In this document: positions 1 through 14,260 of the stretch, piece after piece
How positions within the stretch are numbered: the stretch's first letter is position 1
Layout: each line of letters opens with the position of its first letter
Source: Chrysomallon squamiferum
Taxonomy: Eukaryota > Animalia > Mollusca
Length of the DNA: 64,000 nucleotides
Direction: 5' to 3'
Assembly (NCBI GenBank): GCA_012295275.1
Contig: CM022667.1
Span: 11,408,001-11,472,000 of the forward strand
Position numbers and translations under genes: made by a program
Notes under the pieces: generated by a model
What the model was told of the DNA's origin: nothing
Databases searched by the model: none
Seen by the model: only the letters and a program-made list of their open reading frames with translations

Positions 1-587
1 TTTGTTCCTGGATGGATTTGTTTCTTGACTGAGGTGTTAATGGTATTCTAGAAAGTCTGAACATTTTTCTTCCCTTCTTATATGTTTTCCTGAGGAAATA
101 ATGCTTTGCTGGTATCCTTACCTATCGACATCACTATTCCCGTTCTGTCGTTAACAACAGATTAGCATCAGTACACTTTACCTTTCTTTCTTTTCTTTAT
201 GCTGGAGAGCCGTGCTATTTTGCTAGTGTTAGTTTCCTAAGCCTGCAGCACAGTTTCATTCTTTACAGTACACTACCACTATTACGCCTGTGGGAAGCCT
301 GCATCTCAGTGTTCTAAACTGACCTGATGTCAGTGATTCAGATGCTTCCAGTTTATGTCAAATTGCTGTATTAATATACAGACAGGAAAATGTTTATTAA
401 TCTAGCACCCTTGTCAAGTTTTGCACAAGTAATATCATCTTGTTTATTTTCTATAAAATATATACCAACATATTTTAGTATGTTCTTAAATATGTTAAGA
501 TATCTTATCTGAAACGAAAACCAACAGATCTTCTTTAAAGAAATAATAATTTTCAGTAAAAAAAGTCGTGAAGTTTGTATATATGTA

Positions 588-621
<34 letters not shown>

Positions 622-3040
622 CATACATACATATATACAAACTTCAAAGCAGTTAATAACAAAGAAGTAATAAGAAATGATGAAAAGATGTGTATTTTTG
701 TTTTTATTTTATTTTTTCTCTCGCATCAGTCGTTTTTTTTTTTTTTTTTTTTTTTTTTAAAGCATACAAGCATTAACACATCTAGAGACATTTATATTTA
801 ACTTCGCTGCTTGTTTTCAGCTGGAGAAACGGTTTATTCTGCTCCTATCTCCGTTGGAGAATCTATACCCCCGTCTTGCCATTTTACAGCAGATTATCAC
901 CAGTAGGCCTATTCTTTTTTCTTTATTTACTATTTAACTTGGAGATCGGGTTTCTCTGCTCTTATCAAAGTATTCCACATATCCCCAGCTTACCATTTAC
1001 AATCGATTAAAAGATCAGACGAAAACCTACCTTAACCAACATGAGATAAAAGCAACAGCGTGAAAAAAAGAAGAAAAAGAAAGAAATCACCCACACCTCG
1101 CTGCTAAGGGAATTCTCGCGTGGTAACGCGATATTTCGCATTAATGCTCCGCCATCTTTAATTTTTATGGAACAGGTGATGACTGTTACCTGTGCGTGTT
1201 TTTAAAGAAAATAAAACGTGATAACAAAACTGTGTGCTGCTTTGATGGGATTCCATCTTGCTGTACTCTGCTGACGAACAACACAAGAATTCATCGCCGA
1301 CATGTGTAAGAACGCGGTCTTCGGTTCTCTCCGTAAACAGCCGTGTTACACAGGTAGACGGGAATGTTTGTTGATCCGCTAGCCGGCCCGTGTTAATGTT
1401 GTTTTAAGTCGGGGCAGATTCGGTTTCAAAAATATTGATCAGATACTAGCAAAATCTGTTTGAAAATATTTGTCTTTGCTACGATGAATGCCACCTATTT
1501 TTGTGTGATTAAATAGTGGTTCATGTATCACAGAAACTATAAACACTATGACTTTTTAAATAAATAAAACACATAAACTTATATATATATATCGTGATAT
1601 CATATATATATATATCATATCATATCGTGATATCATATATATATTTGCACTGAAGGCCATGTAGACGTTTTCTAATATTTAAAATAATAAATACAAAAAT
1701 AAATAGTAGTAGACATAACGCTGAATTCAGTTCATTTAATAATTATATTTTGTAGTAAGAATTTTATATTTTGTATTTTCAAAATCAATGACAATAGGCA
1801 CTTTCCATTACAACGTTGTTGTTTTTTGTTTTTTTTGAGGAGGGGTTTGATCAATTTATACATATAACGATGATATATCGGAGAAATTTGATTTTATTTT
1901 AAAATCAGGTTTGTATATTCAAGAGTAAGCGAGCAGAATAGTTCAAAGATATTTGCACTTTTCATTGATTATTCTGACAATGTGGGTGCAGTTATGCGCA
2001 ATGCTTTTGTTATCTGAGTTATTTTTTTCGCATAAAGCAGTTGGTATCAATATGAAACTTTTCAAAAAGCTAAGTCTTATATTGTTTATTTATTTATTCA
2101 TTTACTGTTGTTGTTGTTGTTGTTTTGTTTAGTTTTCTTTTTTTTTTTTTTTTTTTTTTTTTTTTATTCTGTTACTCTCATTGTTCTTGGTTTTGTTATC
2201 TTGTTCTATGTTATATATATATTGTTTTCATAAAATTTACTCTAATGCTGTTCTGATGAGCTAACCTATATACACACATATACACACATTTAATCATAGC
2301 TACAACACGTGAACAAATCTACACTCACACAGACACACAAACATATACACACAGATACACAAAACACAATACACACAAATACAGAAACAGCATCCACACA
2401 TATATACAGATACACCGACAAATACGCAACGCACGCGAAATCGGCCGCTGTAACAGATTTCAAAATGCTACAACTCTACACGCCGAAAAACATTTCAGAC
2501 TGCAACCAAAACGCACTGAAAGTCTCGAATTTCTAGATATTTTAAGGCGTAATGGGGCCCATAACTCTAAGAGAATGGGACGGAGGATTACCGAAAATAG
2601 CCGAAAGTAACCGGATTTATGAGTTAACACTTTTGACGTGCTGGAAGTAAAAACGTTTTCCGCATAATTTAATCTTCGTTTCACTATTTGATCTTCGTAT
2701 ATAGGCCCACGAAAGCCGACAGCTGGGTTGATATATTGGTGTTGTTTTTCATACGCTTATTTCTCTAATTCTTTCTTCGGATTTATTTTTTTAAATTTAT
2801 TTTTTCTTCACCTTCTTCATTACTTATTACCTAATGTAAAAAAATAATAACAAATTAGATGTGTTATCCATTTTGGTAAAGTTTCTCAACGAAAGAGGAG
2901 TAATTATTATGACAGTGATAAATTGTTTACTTCGCTTTTTTTTCTCTAATTTTCTGATTAGTTTAATTTTCTTTTTGTTTTCATCATACGCATCTGAAAC
3001 AAGCCCGTTTATATTTATGTTGATAGATAAATAATTCCCC

Positions 3041-3383
<343 letters not shown>

Positions 3384-4683
3384 TTGTTTAAACAGATCAG
3401 ATAATTCACAGTGAATTCAGAAAGAAAGAAGTCAAAACGTTTTGAAATATTCAGAAATTTGAGATTTTTTATGTTTTCGTTCCGATACGTACATACTCAA
3501 GCCGCATTTGAACTACTCACACGCGCGTACTCACCGCATGTATACATCCACTGTTACATTTTAAATTGAGCTTTATCTGAACGTTGCTGACTGTGAGGGT
3601 AAATTATGCGATCGACTCCTCGATTTTTTTCATGAGTTACATACAATTTGACACACATGACTTATTTTTCCCATGCTATTAACTCCTAAATTTTCTCTGT
3701 CTCTGTCTTAGGTGTTAGAATGTAAGGAAGCGTGACAAAACAGGAATCATTGGTTAATTTTAACAAAAATTACAAAAAAGAAAATGCAAAAATGATGACG
3801 CTACACAGTACTGGCGATGTTCTTTTATTTTAATTTTTTTTTCTTCTTCTTTCCTTTTCTTTCTTATTTTTTTTTTCTTTTTCTTTTCTTACTACCTCTC
3901 CAGTGATTAATGACAGCCACGTATTCTTCTTCTTTGTACACTGTGTCGAAATACAAAACAAGCGTGACCCACCAGACATAATCATTTTCGCAAAAAAAAA
4001 AAAAAAAAAAAAACTTTCGAACAAAAGGTTCAGGTACATTGCTGCCTATCGCGGTAAGTTATGCGACCGACTCCTTGTTTTTTTTCATGATTGATGGCGG
4101 CTGTTGACGGGATTTTAATGGCCGTGCGAGTCTTGGATCACTAACGCTTCAGAATTACTCGAAAATAATTCTCCGAGAAAGAGATTGGCCTCTTTGAACA
4201 CTTCCAGCATCATAACTCATTCTTTCGCTGACCGAAAATTCCACCATTTTGTCATCGCTTGTTGAACTTTGAATAATATTTGCTTCCCGCTGACTTTCTT
4301 TCATTTTCTTATTCTTTTTTTTTTTCTTTCTTATTCTTTTCTACCTCTTTGTGGTACTTTACGGTTGTTGGCATGCTGATGAAGATGGCAATAACTAAAC
4401 GTCAGACGATAATGATTGATCATTACCCATCTTTTGCTTGTCCGTCCTGACGAAAGAAGCAAAAGTGCCTGTCACTATTTATAAAAGAAGATGTTTAACC
4501 AACTGCTGAAAGATGATACGATACGGGATCGCGTCTCGTTATCGGATCCCGGACAGAATTACGTGGAGAGGTATGTAAGTTAATGAAAAAAGATGATGAT
4601 GTTGATGATAATCGTGATGGTGATGATGAAGCGTGAATAATAATAATAATAATAATAATAATATAATAATAATAATAATAATA

Positions 4684-4724
<41 letters not shown>

Positions 4725-5232
4725 GAAAAGGTAATAAATTTTGATTTCAGTCTGTCTAGGAATAGACAGTTATCAAATGTGTCGGTTTTGTTTGTTTGTG
4801 TTGGTTTTGGGAGTTTTATTAATTTCTTTTTCATATTATTATTTTTTATTATTATTTTTTTATTATTTATTATTTATTATTATTTATTATGATTATTATT
4901 ATTATTATTTGTTTATTGATAAATCTTGGAACTTCCAGTGAAATTCTCTCCAATAACACTGAACCAACAGAAACATTCTTCAGGTTCGGTGCATCTGAGA
5001 AAGAGGTAGGAAAGGAAAATAAGAAACTGAACTTAATTTACGTGCAAGAAACGAGAAATAAAAAAACCAACAAAAAAAAAAAAAAAAAAAAAAACGCTCA
5101 CCAAATTAAAAATTAAAAACCAAAAACAAAACGCTCACCAAAAAACAAAAAAAACAACAACAACAAAAAAAACAACCAAAAAAAACATACGAAAATAAAC
5201 ACTAAAGCAACAATATTAAAAGGGGAATTTAC

Positions 5233-5400
5233 CTTCTAGATACAGAACGCAGTCGGTGTCGTTGTAATACTCGTTTGGGTAGTTGGGACTGTAAAATTCC
5301 ATTTTCTTCCAGTTTCCGTACGTGAAGTTCCAGCACGGCGGGTTGATGTAGTCTTGTATCATTGGAGGAGGTCGAACACGCAACGCTTCGGGCGCCAGCG
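5233..5400 (-). CDS. Neto: Coding exon 3 of Neto-like (neuropilin and tolloid-like) CUB-domain protein; N-terminal half of first CUB domain
   Basis: Minus strand: polypyrimidine acceptor cttttctttcag| and donor AG|gtaaat; 168 nt, phase 1-1, open frame (A)LAPEALRVRPPPMIQDYINPPCWNFTYGNWKKMEFYSPNYPNEYYNDTDCVLYLE. FYSPNYPNEY..C is the CUB signature. The C-x2-F-x2-G-x5-E-F-Y-S-P spacing matches invertebrate Neto CUB1 as I recall it (not searched). Two N-glycosylation sequons (NFT, NDT). Confidence 0.88.
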
Positions 5401-6686
5401 CTGAAAGAAAAGTAGAGGAAACAATTAGTGTTTGTTTTTATTGACATCCTTCAAATAGTTCTAGTAACAACAAAAATGTATTTGTAGAACAGAAGTTAGA
5501 GAATATGCTGTTACTGTGTGTCATGTAGTATCTCTCTCTCTCTTTCTGTCTCTCTCTATCTCTCTCTCTCTTTCTGTCTCTCTCACTCTCCCTCTCTCTC
5601 TGTCTCTCTCTCTCCCTCTCTGTCTCTCTTTGTCTCTCTCTCTCTTTCTGTCTGTGTCTTTCTCTATCTATCTCTCTTTTCTCTTCCTGTCTCTCTCTTT
5701 TCTCTCTGTATCTTTCTCTCCCTGTCTCTTTCTCTTCTCTCCGTCTCTCTCTCTTCTCTCCCTCTATGTGTCCATCTATGTGCATGCATGCATCTACACA
5801 CTTACGCAGATAAATACATATACATACATACATGCATGCATACACGCATACGAACTCAGACCTCCCCCAACAAAACACACACACACAAACAGAATTATAA
5901 ATCTATTTTCTCCAACATATTCCTAATCAGGCAGTATTCGGCGTCATTTTAATGTTCAAAGGGTCCAGAAATTACCACCGAAAAGACGTGATCTGAGCGA
6001 GACTCTAGGTTAAGTTACGCTGGAAAAATATTCAAAGAATTGCTTCAGAGAGACAACAGATAGAATTACCTCCGCAGGGAGACGAACTGGGAGCGTTTAG
6101 TTAGAGGCGGATTACCAGGATTTAGTTGTCACGGCCATTAGCGTGCCTCGAGTCAGAGACAATTTACCAAAAGAGCAAAAACAAAAACAGCGGAGGAAAT
6201 TAATTTTTACCAAAAACACATGTCGCGCTTTCCTACCGAACCGTTCTCGTTATTTTTACAACTTTTCTCTCGTGTGTAACGTAGGAGAGGCACAGAGGAA
6301 ACTGACAGTGACGTGTATTGCTAGACGTTTTTTTATTTATTTTTTTTCATTTTATTTATATTTTTTTTTTTTTTTTTTTCTTTTTTTTGTTGTTGTTTTA
6401 TGTTGTTAGAAGGGTTCGCTGTTGTTTTGTTGTTTTATGTTTTTTTTGGAACTCTTTCGCGGAGGGCGTTTTATGTTTGTTTTGGTTTCGTTTTGGTTTA
6501 TTTTGTTTTATTTCTTCTGATGATCTTTAAATAAACATCATTTAACTTAAATTAAATAAACATCATTTAACTTAAATTAGTTCTTTGACGTCACACACTT
6601 TCATTATTATAAATAAAAATACTACTATAACTACCTCTGATACAACTATTGCTGCTACTACTACTATTTTATTTCTACTATTAGAT

Positions 6687-6722
<36 letters not shown>

Positions 6723-8025
6723 TTGCTGCTATTACTACTACTACTTCTACTACTACTGCTACTAATTCCACTACTACTATTACTACTACTATTACTCCTA
6801 CTACTAATACGGTTAATACTAATATTATAATTACATCTGTAACTGCGACTACCTCTACGACAAATACGTCTGCTATCACCGTTATTTAATAATTACTAGT
6901 AATTATAATGTCGTTGTGCTGTTGGTCTGTTGCTGTTATCACCATTACTGTCGTTGTTGTTATGAAGCTCGTGGTTCTGCTGATAGTAATTGTGGAATAA
7001 ACAGCATAAGAATAATTATTCATACAGCTGACTTAAAACAATCACGTTTTCATTCTTATTCTTGTTTGTTGTTTTTTTGGGGGGGGGTGTTTTTTTATTG
7101 GTTTTTTTTTTTGTTGTTGTTTTTGTTTTTGTTTTTTGGGTTGTTTTCCTTTTTTTTTCCAAGTTTTGTTGTATATTCTATTGTCGTTGTTTTGTTTTTG
7201 TTTTGGTGCCGGGTTTTTTGTTGTTTCTTTTTTGTTTGTTTGTTTGTTTGTTGTTGTTTTTTGTTGTTATTTTTTATATAGATTGTTGTTGCTACTGTTA
7301 TTGTCGTTTATTTGTTTATTTGTTTACTTGGCTGTTTTTGTCTTTCACCGATCTCATAACGTAATCGTCCATACCCAGACGCTAATAAAAAAAATATATA
7401 TCACCATTAACGTCTTCCGTCTCTTTCTTAAACTGCGTCTGAAGATACATTCACTTCAAATCTACTTTCTATCTTAATATGTATTCCAATCTTCTAACAC
7501 TTCTGGCAAAAATTATCCAATTATTTAGCGTCTTCTTTATGTTCTTTGATATCACTTACGATAACAGTTTCACTGTCGTTTTATAGAGTCGCTACATCTA
7601 GACTAAAAGAGGAAACAGGCAATTTACGTCGGTTTTAATCTGATACCGTTACAAAAACGTAAATCTCTTTACGTTGAGGTTTTCATAGTAACGTTCACTG
7701 CGATTGAGAAAGACGGGATAAAAAGGAGTTTGGTAATTAATAATTATTTGGAACAAGTATGTTTTTGTTTTTTGGGGTTTTTTTTTTTTTCGTTTTTATT
7801 TTTTTATTATTATTATCAGTTCGTTTCTTTGTTGTTGATGTTTTTGTTGTTGTTTTTTTTTTTCTTTATTTCAGTTTGTATTTTTATTTTTTTTTCATAT
7901 ATTTTTTATGTTTTCTCTTCTTTTTCTTTCTTATTTCAGTTTTTAAATTTTTTTTCTTTCATTCTTCCTTTTGTTTTCCTTTTCTTTTTATTTCATTTAT
8001 ATTTTTCAGTCTTTCTTTTTCTTTA

Positions 8026-8073
<48 letters not shown>

Positions 8074-9949
8074 CTCTGATATATCTATGTATCTACGTAT
8101 GAGCAATGCATGTGAAAATATGGTTGCTGAGCAAATCGAATCTACGACTCAGCGTAATCTCTGATATACCAGCCATTAACAGTTGGCAAGAATGGGAAAA
8201 ATATGGGTACTGAAGTAATCCATTCTACAATCTACTGAAGTCTTTGGTGTAACAGTCACTGAACATCGACACCACTAACAAAAGAAAACGAAAATCAAAT
8301 TACTGATATACCGAAGAAATGTTTGTTTGTTTGTTGTTCTTGCTGTTGTTGCTGTTGTAATATTATTATTATTATTTTTTTTTTTTTTTTTTTTGTTCAA
8401 TCCATATCAGTTTCTGAGATAATAATAGCACTTACTAAAACAAAATGGGTGTACCGAGGGGTTTGGTTTTATGATCTAACGTGTCCTATTTTAAATTTAT
8501 ACAGCTAACGTACACAGAGATACGGTATAGTGTTGTGTATAGTCGTATTACTAGCTGTACTAGGTTACGTGTGACAATCTTGCCAAAACCCGTTTTGTTT
8601 CATTTAGATTGTTCACTGGCGCCACTCAAATCACCCTGTTTGTTTAAGTGATAAACAAACGACCTTTGGATTACAATCATTCTTTTGATCTGGATTTTAT
8701 TTTCTTCACTGATTGATGAATAATTATGCTGTTGTCCTTGTTATTATTGCATTATTATTTTTTGATTGCTGTTTTGTTTGTTTGGTTATCGCATATTTTG
8801 TTTTCTCTCTAATGTTGTTGTTTGTTTTGGTTTTTTCTTAATTTTTTATTTTTTGTTGTTGTTGTTATTATCATTATTATTTCTTGATTGCTGTTTTGTT
8901 TGTTTTGTTCTCGTTTTTTTTTTTCATATGTTGTTGTTGGTTTTGTTTTTTTCCTTCTTTTTGTTTGTTTGTTGTTGCTGTTTCAGCTGCTGTTGTAGCA
9001 GTTGTTATTTTTTTGTTGTTTTTACTGTCAGTAAATGAAACGACCATTTTCTTATAAAGTTATTATTATCCAAACTAATCATAAGAAGATAATCAAGTAA
9101 TATTTTCCTAATCTGGAATATGTTTGGTATTATATTACAAATGGATGTTACACTGAAATCCCACGATTTTTCTTACACCGTTTATTTATATTGTGCATCT
9201 TCACACCGGACAACAACAATACTCTGAAATTACATTATCAGCTATTACACTTTCGTGTTTGTTTTCTCAGACACACCACCGCATTCACGATTCAAACAGA
9301 TCGTTAGCCTGGAAGACGACGACTCGTACAACTTCTGTACACAGCATGGATGGTTCTAAAACCACAAACAAACCAAATCATGTTACGACCTTGTCTTCCT
9401 GGAGATAACTCCCCTTGGTATCCTGTATTTAAATCTGGAAACTGGCCGTGCAGTGGTTTTACTTGTTTATTGTACGAATGCCAAATCTATTAATTGTCCG
9501 TAAAATCATTTAAGCAGCTGTGGGGATCTTGCCGTTGAACGTCTGCAACTCTGACGCCGAAAAAAAAAAAAAAAACCTCAGCCGGGATCTGCTGACAGAC
9601 GGAAAGAACTTGTGACGAACGTACGATTCGAAAATAGATCGACACGGTGGGGTTTTGAAGAACGAATAAATAAATATTGCTTTAACGATACTTCATTTGT
9701 TAACAGCTATTTAAGTGTCAAACACGGTTTTTGCATAACGGCGATACAAGACAGAGAAAGAAAAGTGGCTCACTCTTTGCGATTAAAAGTAACTGACCTT
9801 TCATAGTCGCTTTACGTATTAACCAAAAAAATATACTACGGCTTCTGGTATGTTACTTATGAGAAATAACAAGGGAGTGGAACTGACTTTATTAACAGAA
9901 ATGTGAATAAAAAAAAAACGGAGTGTGGAATCATAATATAATCAAGATG

Positions 9950-10135
9950 AAAACTGAACGCTAATTAAAAGCCAAATACAAAAACAACATCTGAACTAAT
10001 GAACACCAAAATAAGTCAAACAACATCTGAACCAATTAAGAACCAAATCACGAAACTACATCTGAACTAAATAAAAGCAAAATAAACCGGCAAAATCTGG
10101 ACTAATTAACAGCCAAATACACAAACAGTATCTAT
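9950..10135. repeat. Degenerate ~35-bp minisatellite, about 5 copies
   Basis: atctg(a/g)ac(t/c)aa recurs at about 9989, 10025, 10060, 10095. Confidence 0.75.
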
Positions 10136-10884
10136 GTAGCCAAGAAGACTGTCATATTGTTACGTAGCCAAAATATTAGACATAAATAAGAAGGCACCTA
10201 AGAGAAAATATTATGAATAAGGAAGCACTGAAAGTGTTCTGTTTGACGCACGAACACCAAAGAACGATCTCGTACTAAGCAGATTTTGGTTTAATAATAG
10301 TAAACCCTTAAACAGAAAACAATGAACTGCGCCAGACAGAACAAAAAACGTTAATCACAGAACAATATCAGAAAAACATGAAGAATAAACAAGACAATCA
10401 CGAAAATCTTCCGAAGTGTTGAAGTGTAATACCAAGCGTTTCTGGCAGTGTGCTTGTAGAAACACGGGGAAGCTGAAAGACAGACACCACATAATTAGCT
10501 ATCTGGCTTATTGCAGATTACTTTGAGTGTGTACTTCAGAAATATCAGATCATCCGTGGACGATATCAGATTCGTCTGAGATTTTAGCTGAAAACGATGG
10601 ACGACGAATCGTCTAACTTCTAACAGCTTGTTACAGATGTCGTGTTCTTCAGATGAAGTTGGAATTGACGGTTAAAGGGTTCGAACCTTGGTAGAAACTT
10701 TAACAAACAAACAAAACGAAAAAGAACCACATGTACAGAATATGGAGAATAGCAACTGCACTGTTACTGTAACGATAATACTCTTGTAATATCAAAATTA
10801 ATTTTTCTAAATTATTGTTGACGAGTTTGAGCTTCCAGTCCAGAACAAAACTTCGATTGGGTGACACACACGCACGCACGCACT

Positions 10885-10937
<53 letters not shown>

Positions 10938-11010
10938 ATTGCCATGAACCATTAACTGCATTAATTTAACCTCAGAGTTCCTGAAAATGTGTGTTTATAA
11001 TGTGTGTACA

Positions 11011-11066
<56 letters not shown>

Positions 11067-11399
11067 GGTGTACGGTTTTATCTACATTAAAAGCTGCTGA
11101 AGTGGGCATAGATAATATCTATAAGTGAGCATGCATTGTATATTAAAACGTTATTTAAGAGTGTACATATAACATATGTCCCATGTAAGAAGGTGCAATA
11201 GAAGAACTATGATAAGACATTATTATTAAGTTAAAATTGCTACAACAACAACAACTACTACTGCTGCTACTACTACTACTAACACTACCACTATTACTAC
11301 TACTAATAATAATAATATTGTTATTATTATTATTATTATTACTATTATTAGAAGAAGAAGAAGAAGAAGAAGAAGAAGAAGAAAGCATCTTCAACAACA

Positions 11400-11970
11400 A
11401 GATTCAGAAAACATAAGAAGTATTTTTTTCCAATATAGACTTTGTTGAATATAAATAAATGTACTTTAAATTGCTCTGTCTTACTAATGTATAAAACTAC
11501 TAATACATCCTACACAAACTGGCCGGAATCATGGAATTCATGCCAGAAAAAAATCAAGTTACTATAATAATTCTAAGAGTAATTCCATGAACTTATTGGC
11601 ATTCTAGACAAGGCGATATGGACTATTCATAAGTATATGACAGTAATTAAAACTGATAGACTACCATAGCCTGCCAGTATAATGTGAAATGAGCAATGTA
11701 TCAGAGTTTATTGTGGTATAATACAGGAGTCATATTACGGAATAATGTCGTTAGAAACATGATGTATGAGTGGTTGATGAAACTGCTAATACTGAACTGT
11801 TGTGATAATCTGAAGGAATGGCGTTATTGCCGTACTATGGCAGATTCACATAACAAAATGGGAATTGTGAAGAATGTATGTTTATGATGAACATAAAGAA
11901 GGTAATGACGAAGGGGAGGAGAAACAGAAGAAGACAGAGTAGGATGATGATGATGATGATGATGACTGTA
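11400..11970 (+). mobile_element. Highly decayed non-LTR (RTE-like) retrotransposon 3' remnant
   Basis: Frame at about 11900-11950 reads KVMTKGRRNRRRQSRM, like the RTE C-terminal GRRRRGRQRM motif, followed by a (GAT)n tail; otherwise full of stops. Confidence 0.3.
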
Positions 11971-12224
11971 GTGATGATTTCATAGAACAACAAGATGACT
12001 TTTTATTGCAAAATATGAATTCAGTTTCTTGAATATGAAAATAAACAGGAAAACCCCGCAGCATTTTAGCATTACAGTTATATAAGCAGGAAGCTAATAA
12101 GCTACAACAGATAACGACAAAACCAGCAAGAATAATAGTAATAATAATAATAATAATAATAACAGCAACAACAATAACAAAAACAGCAAAAACAATAATA
12201 ATAAAACAGTAGCAGTAATATTAA

Positions 12225-12274
<50 letters not shown>

Positions 12275-12918
12275 ATAGAAATGGTAGTAGTAATAACAGC
12301 AAAAATAATAATAATGACGTTATTAATTTTACAAAGAGTCCTACAGACCATACAATTATATCAAACCAGAAATTTCAAATATTCATAACTGAACAAGTAA
12401 ATAAACGAGACTATGCTAGCTGGCATATACAACACTATTTTACTTCCACAACTGAAGAGCATGTAATGCCTAATAACTAACTGTTAAGTAACGATGTTGA
12501 TCTGTTTAATCTACTGGATGAAAAACAACGGATGAAAGAAGAAAAGAATCTAATCCCTTGACTTTTTTCATTGGAATACCACAACAATTTACTATTACCT
12601 GTGCTGTTTGTCTTTGATGTTTTTAGCAACAGAAACTTGTGAGAACGACGAAATTAGATATAAATTGCATAAGACCACAATTCTTTTGGTAAAAGGTTAC
12701 TCTTTTTTTCTCAAATTCTGGGCATAATTCTTGTCAGTACAGTATTCTCGAAAGCCGATCGCTTGCAAGTAGCTTGCAAGCCTTGAGTTTAGAGAAATTC
12801 TTTCGATACTGAGTTGGTTAATTACATTGTGTTAAATAAATGACAAAGCAACCAAAGGTGTGTTAAAGAGATGGTGTGAGAAAAGAAAATTATAACTTAA
12901 TTAAATTAATTAACTCAC

Positions 12919-12972
12919 CTTTACGTTTGTACGCCTCAATCAAAGTCAACAGACACAGCAGGTATGCACCAG
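12919..12972 (-). CDS. Neto: Coding exon 2 of Neto-like gene; hydrophobic core and cleavage region of signal peptide
   Basis: Acceptor ttttccttcttaatttcag|, donor AAG|gtgagt; 54 nt, phase 1-1; encodes (A)GAYLLCLLTLIEAYKRK, in frame with the flanking exons; likely cleavage after IEA. Confidence 0.85.
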
Positions 12973-13154
12973 CTGAAATTAAGAAGGAAAATAATTATTA
13001 ATTATTACTTTGTTGCAATTATCATCATCATCATTATCATCATCATCAACATTTTCATTATTATTCTTCTTTGTTTTTTCTTCTTTTTTTTTTTCTTCTT
13101 TGTTCTTCTTTTATTCCTCTTCTTCTTCTTCTTCTTCTTCTTCTTCTTCTTCTT

Positions 13155-13214
<60 letters not shown>

Positions 13215-13910
13215 GTTGTTGTTGTTGTTATTATTATTATTAGTTTCATTCTAAGTGGTATGTACAATTTCTGTTACATAAAAAGAGGTTACAGTTACAT
13301 AATATTAAGTTATTATTTTATTTATTCATATCAACAAACTTTGCTAACAATAAATTCAAATACTTTATGTGTAGCTGAGTTGAAAAAACAAATACCTTTA
13401 CTACATTTAGAAAACTTCTCTAGTTTCGTTCATGTATTAGCAGAAATCAGGCTTTGCTTTGAAAACACCTATGTGCAGCTGCTGTCATTTTCAAATTTAC
13501 TGTTTAGTTTCAACGTTAAGGCATAGAAATAAGTACCACGATTATTGAAATTAATTCGTTTGTTAATGGGTGTATAACATTATTAACTAATCATATTCTT
13601 GTGAAAATCATGCCTGAACACTAAAACATTTTTTTATTAATTTCGCTTGATCATTTAGATTTTATTTTACTTTCTAATAAAAGATAAATGAATAAAAAAT
13701 TTTTAAAAATAATTTAGTTCTAATATCTACAAGGAAAATGATGGCATCATTTATAATCGTATAGGACTAGAAACACTTGAGTATAACTAGACCATCAATG
13801 ATAATAGTTTTTTTTTCTTCTAAATATCTATTGTCCACATATACTGCAAATCCTGATGACCTAATTTGTATACATAGAATAGAACACTGTTATATTTCTA
13901 TACTCTGAGA

Positions 13911-13950
<40 letters not shown>

Positions 13951-14109
13951 GATATAAGATAAAAATGATTTATCCCACTTCATGCTCACTTACATTCAGT
14001 ATCATCACCATTTATACGTGAAGACAGAATGAGAAATATATTTCTCAGGAATATAAGTGTCAAGAAAACTTTAACTGTCAACAAAAGTTTAACTTGATTA
14101 AAACACGAC

Positions 14110-14260
14110 ACACAGTATAAGACATTTACTGCATATTTTAATTTACACAGAGATATACAAGTGAGATGACTGAAGATACAGACGTGATACACAGTATAAG
14201 ACATTTACTGCATATTTTAATACACACAGAGATATACAAGTGAGATGACTGAAGATACAG
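14110..14260. repeat. 79-bp-period tandem duplication (2 copies)
   Basis: acacagtataagacatttactgcatattttaat...gagatatacaagtgagatgactgaagatacag at 14110 and 14189. Confidence 0.92.

Noticed and set aside
5229-5447. ORF MSIKTNTNC...RSVSRR as the protein
   Set aside because: Overlaps the real exon but in the wrong frame; the CUB-encoding frame is bounded by splice sites at 5400 and 5233.
7560-7602. Extra minus-strand cassette exon (ctgtttcctcttttag| ... ATC|gtaagt)
   Set aside because: 43 nt, with an immediate in-frame TAG after phase-1 entry; at best a cryptic or poison exon with no supporting evidence.
9950-10135. CRISPR-like 35-bp periodicity
   Set aside because: The whole unit is degenerate tandem sequence; no repeat-spacer structure.
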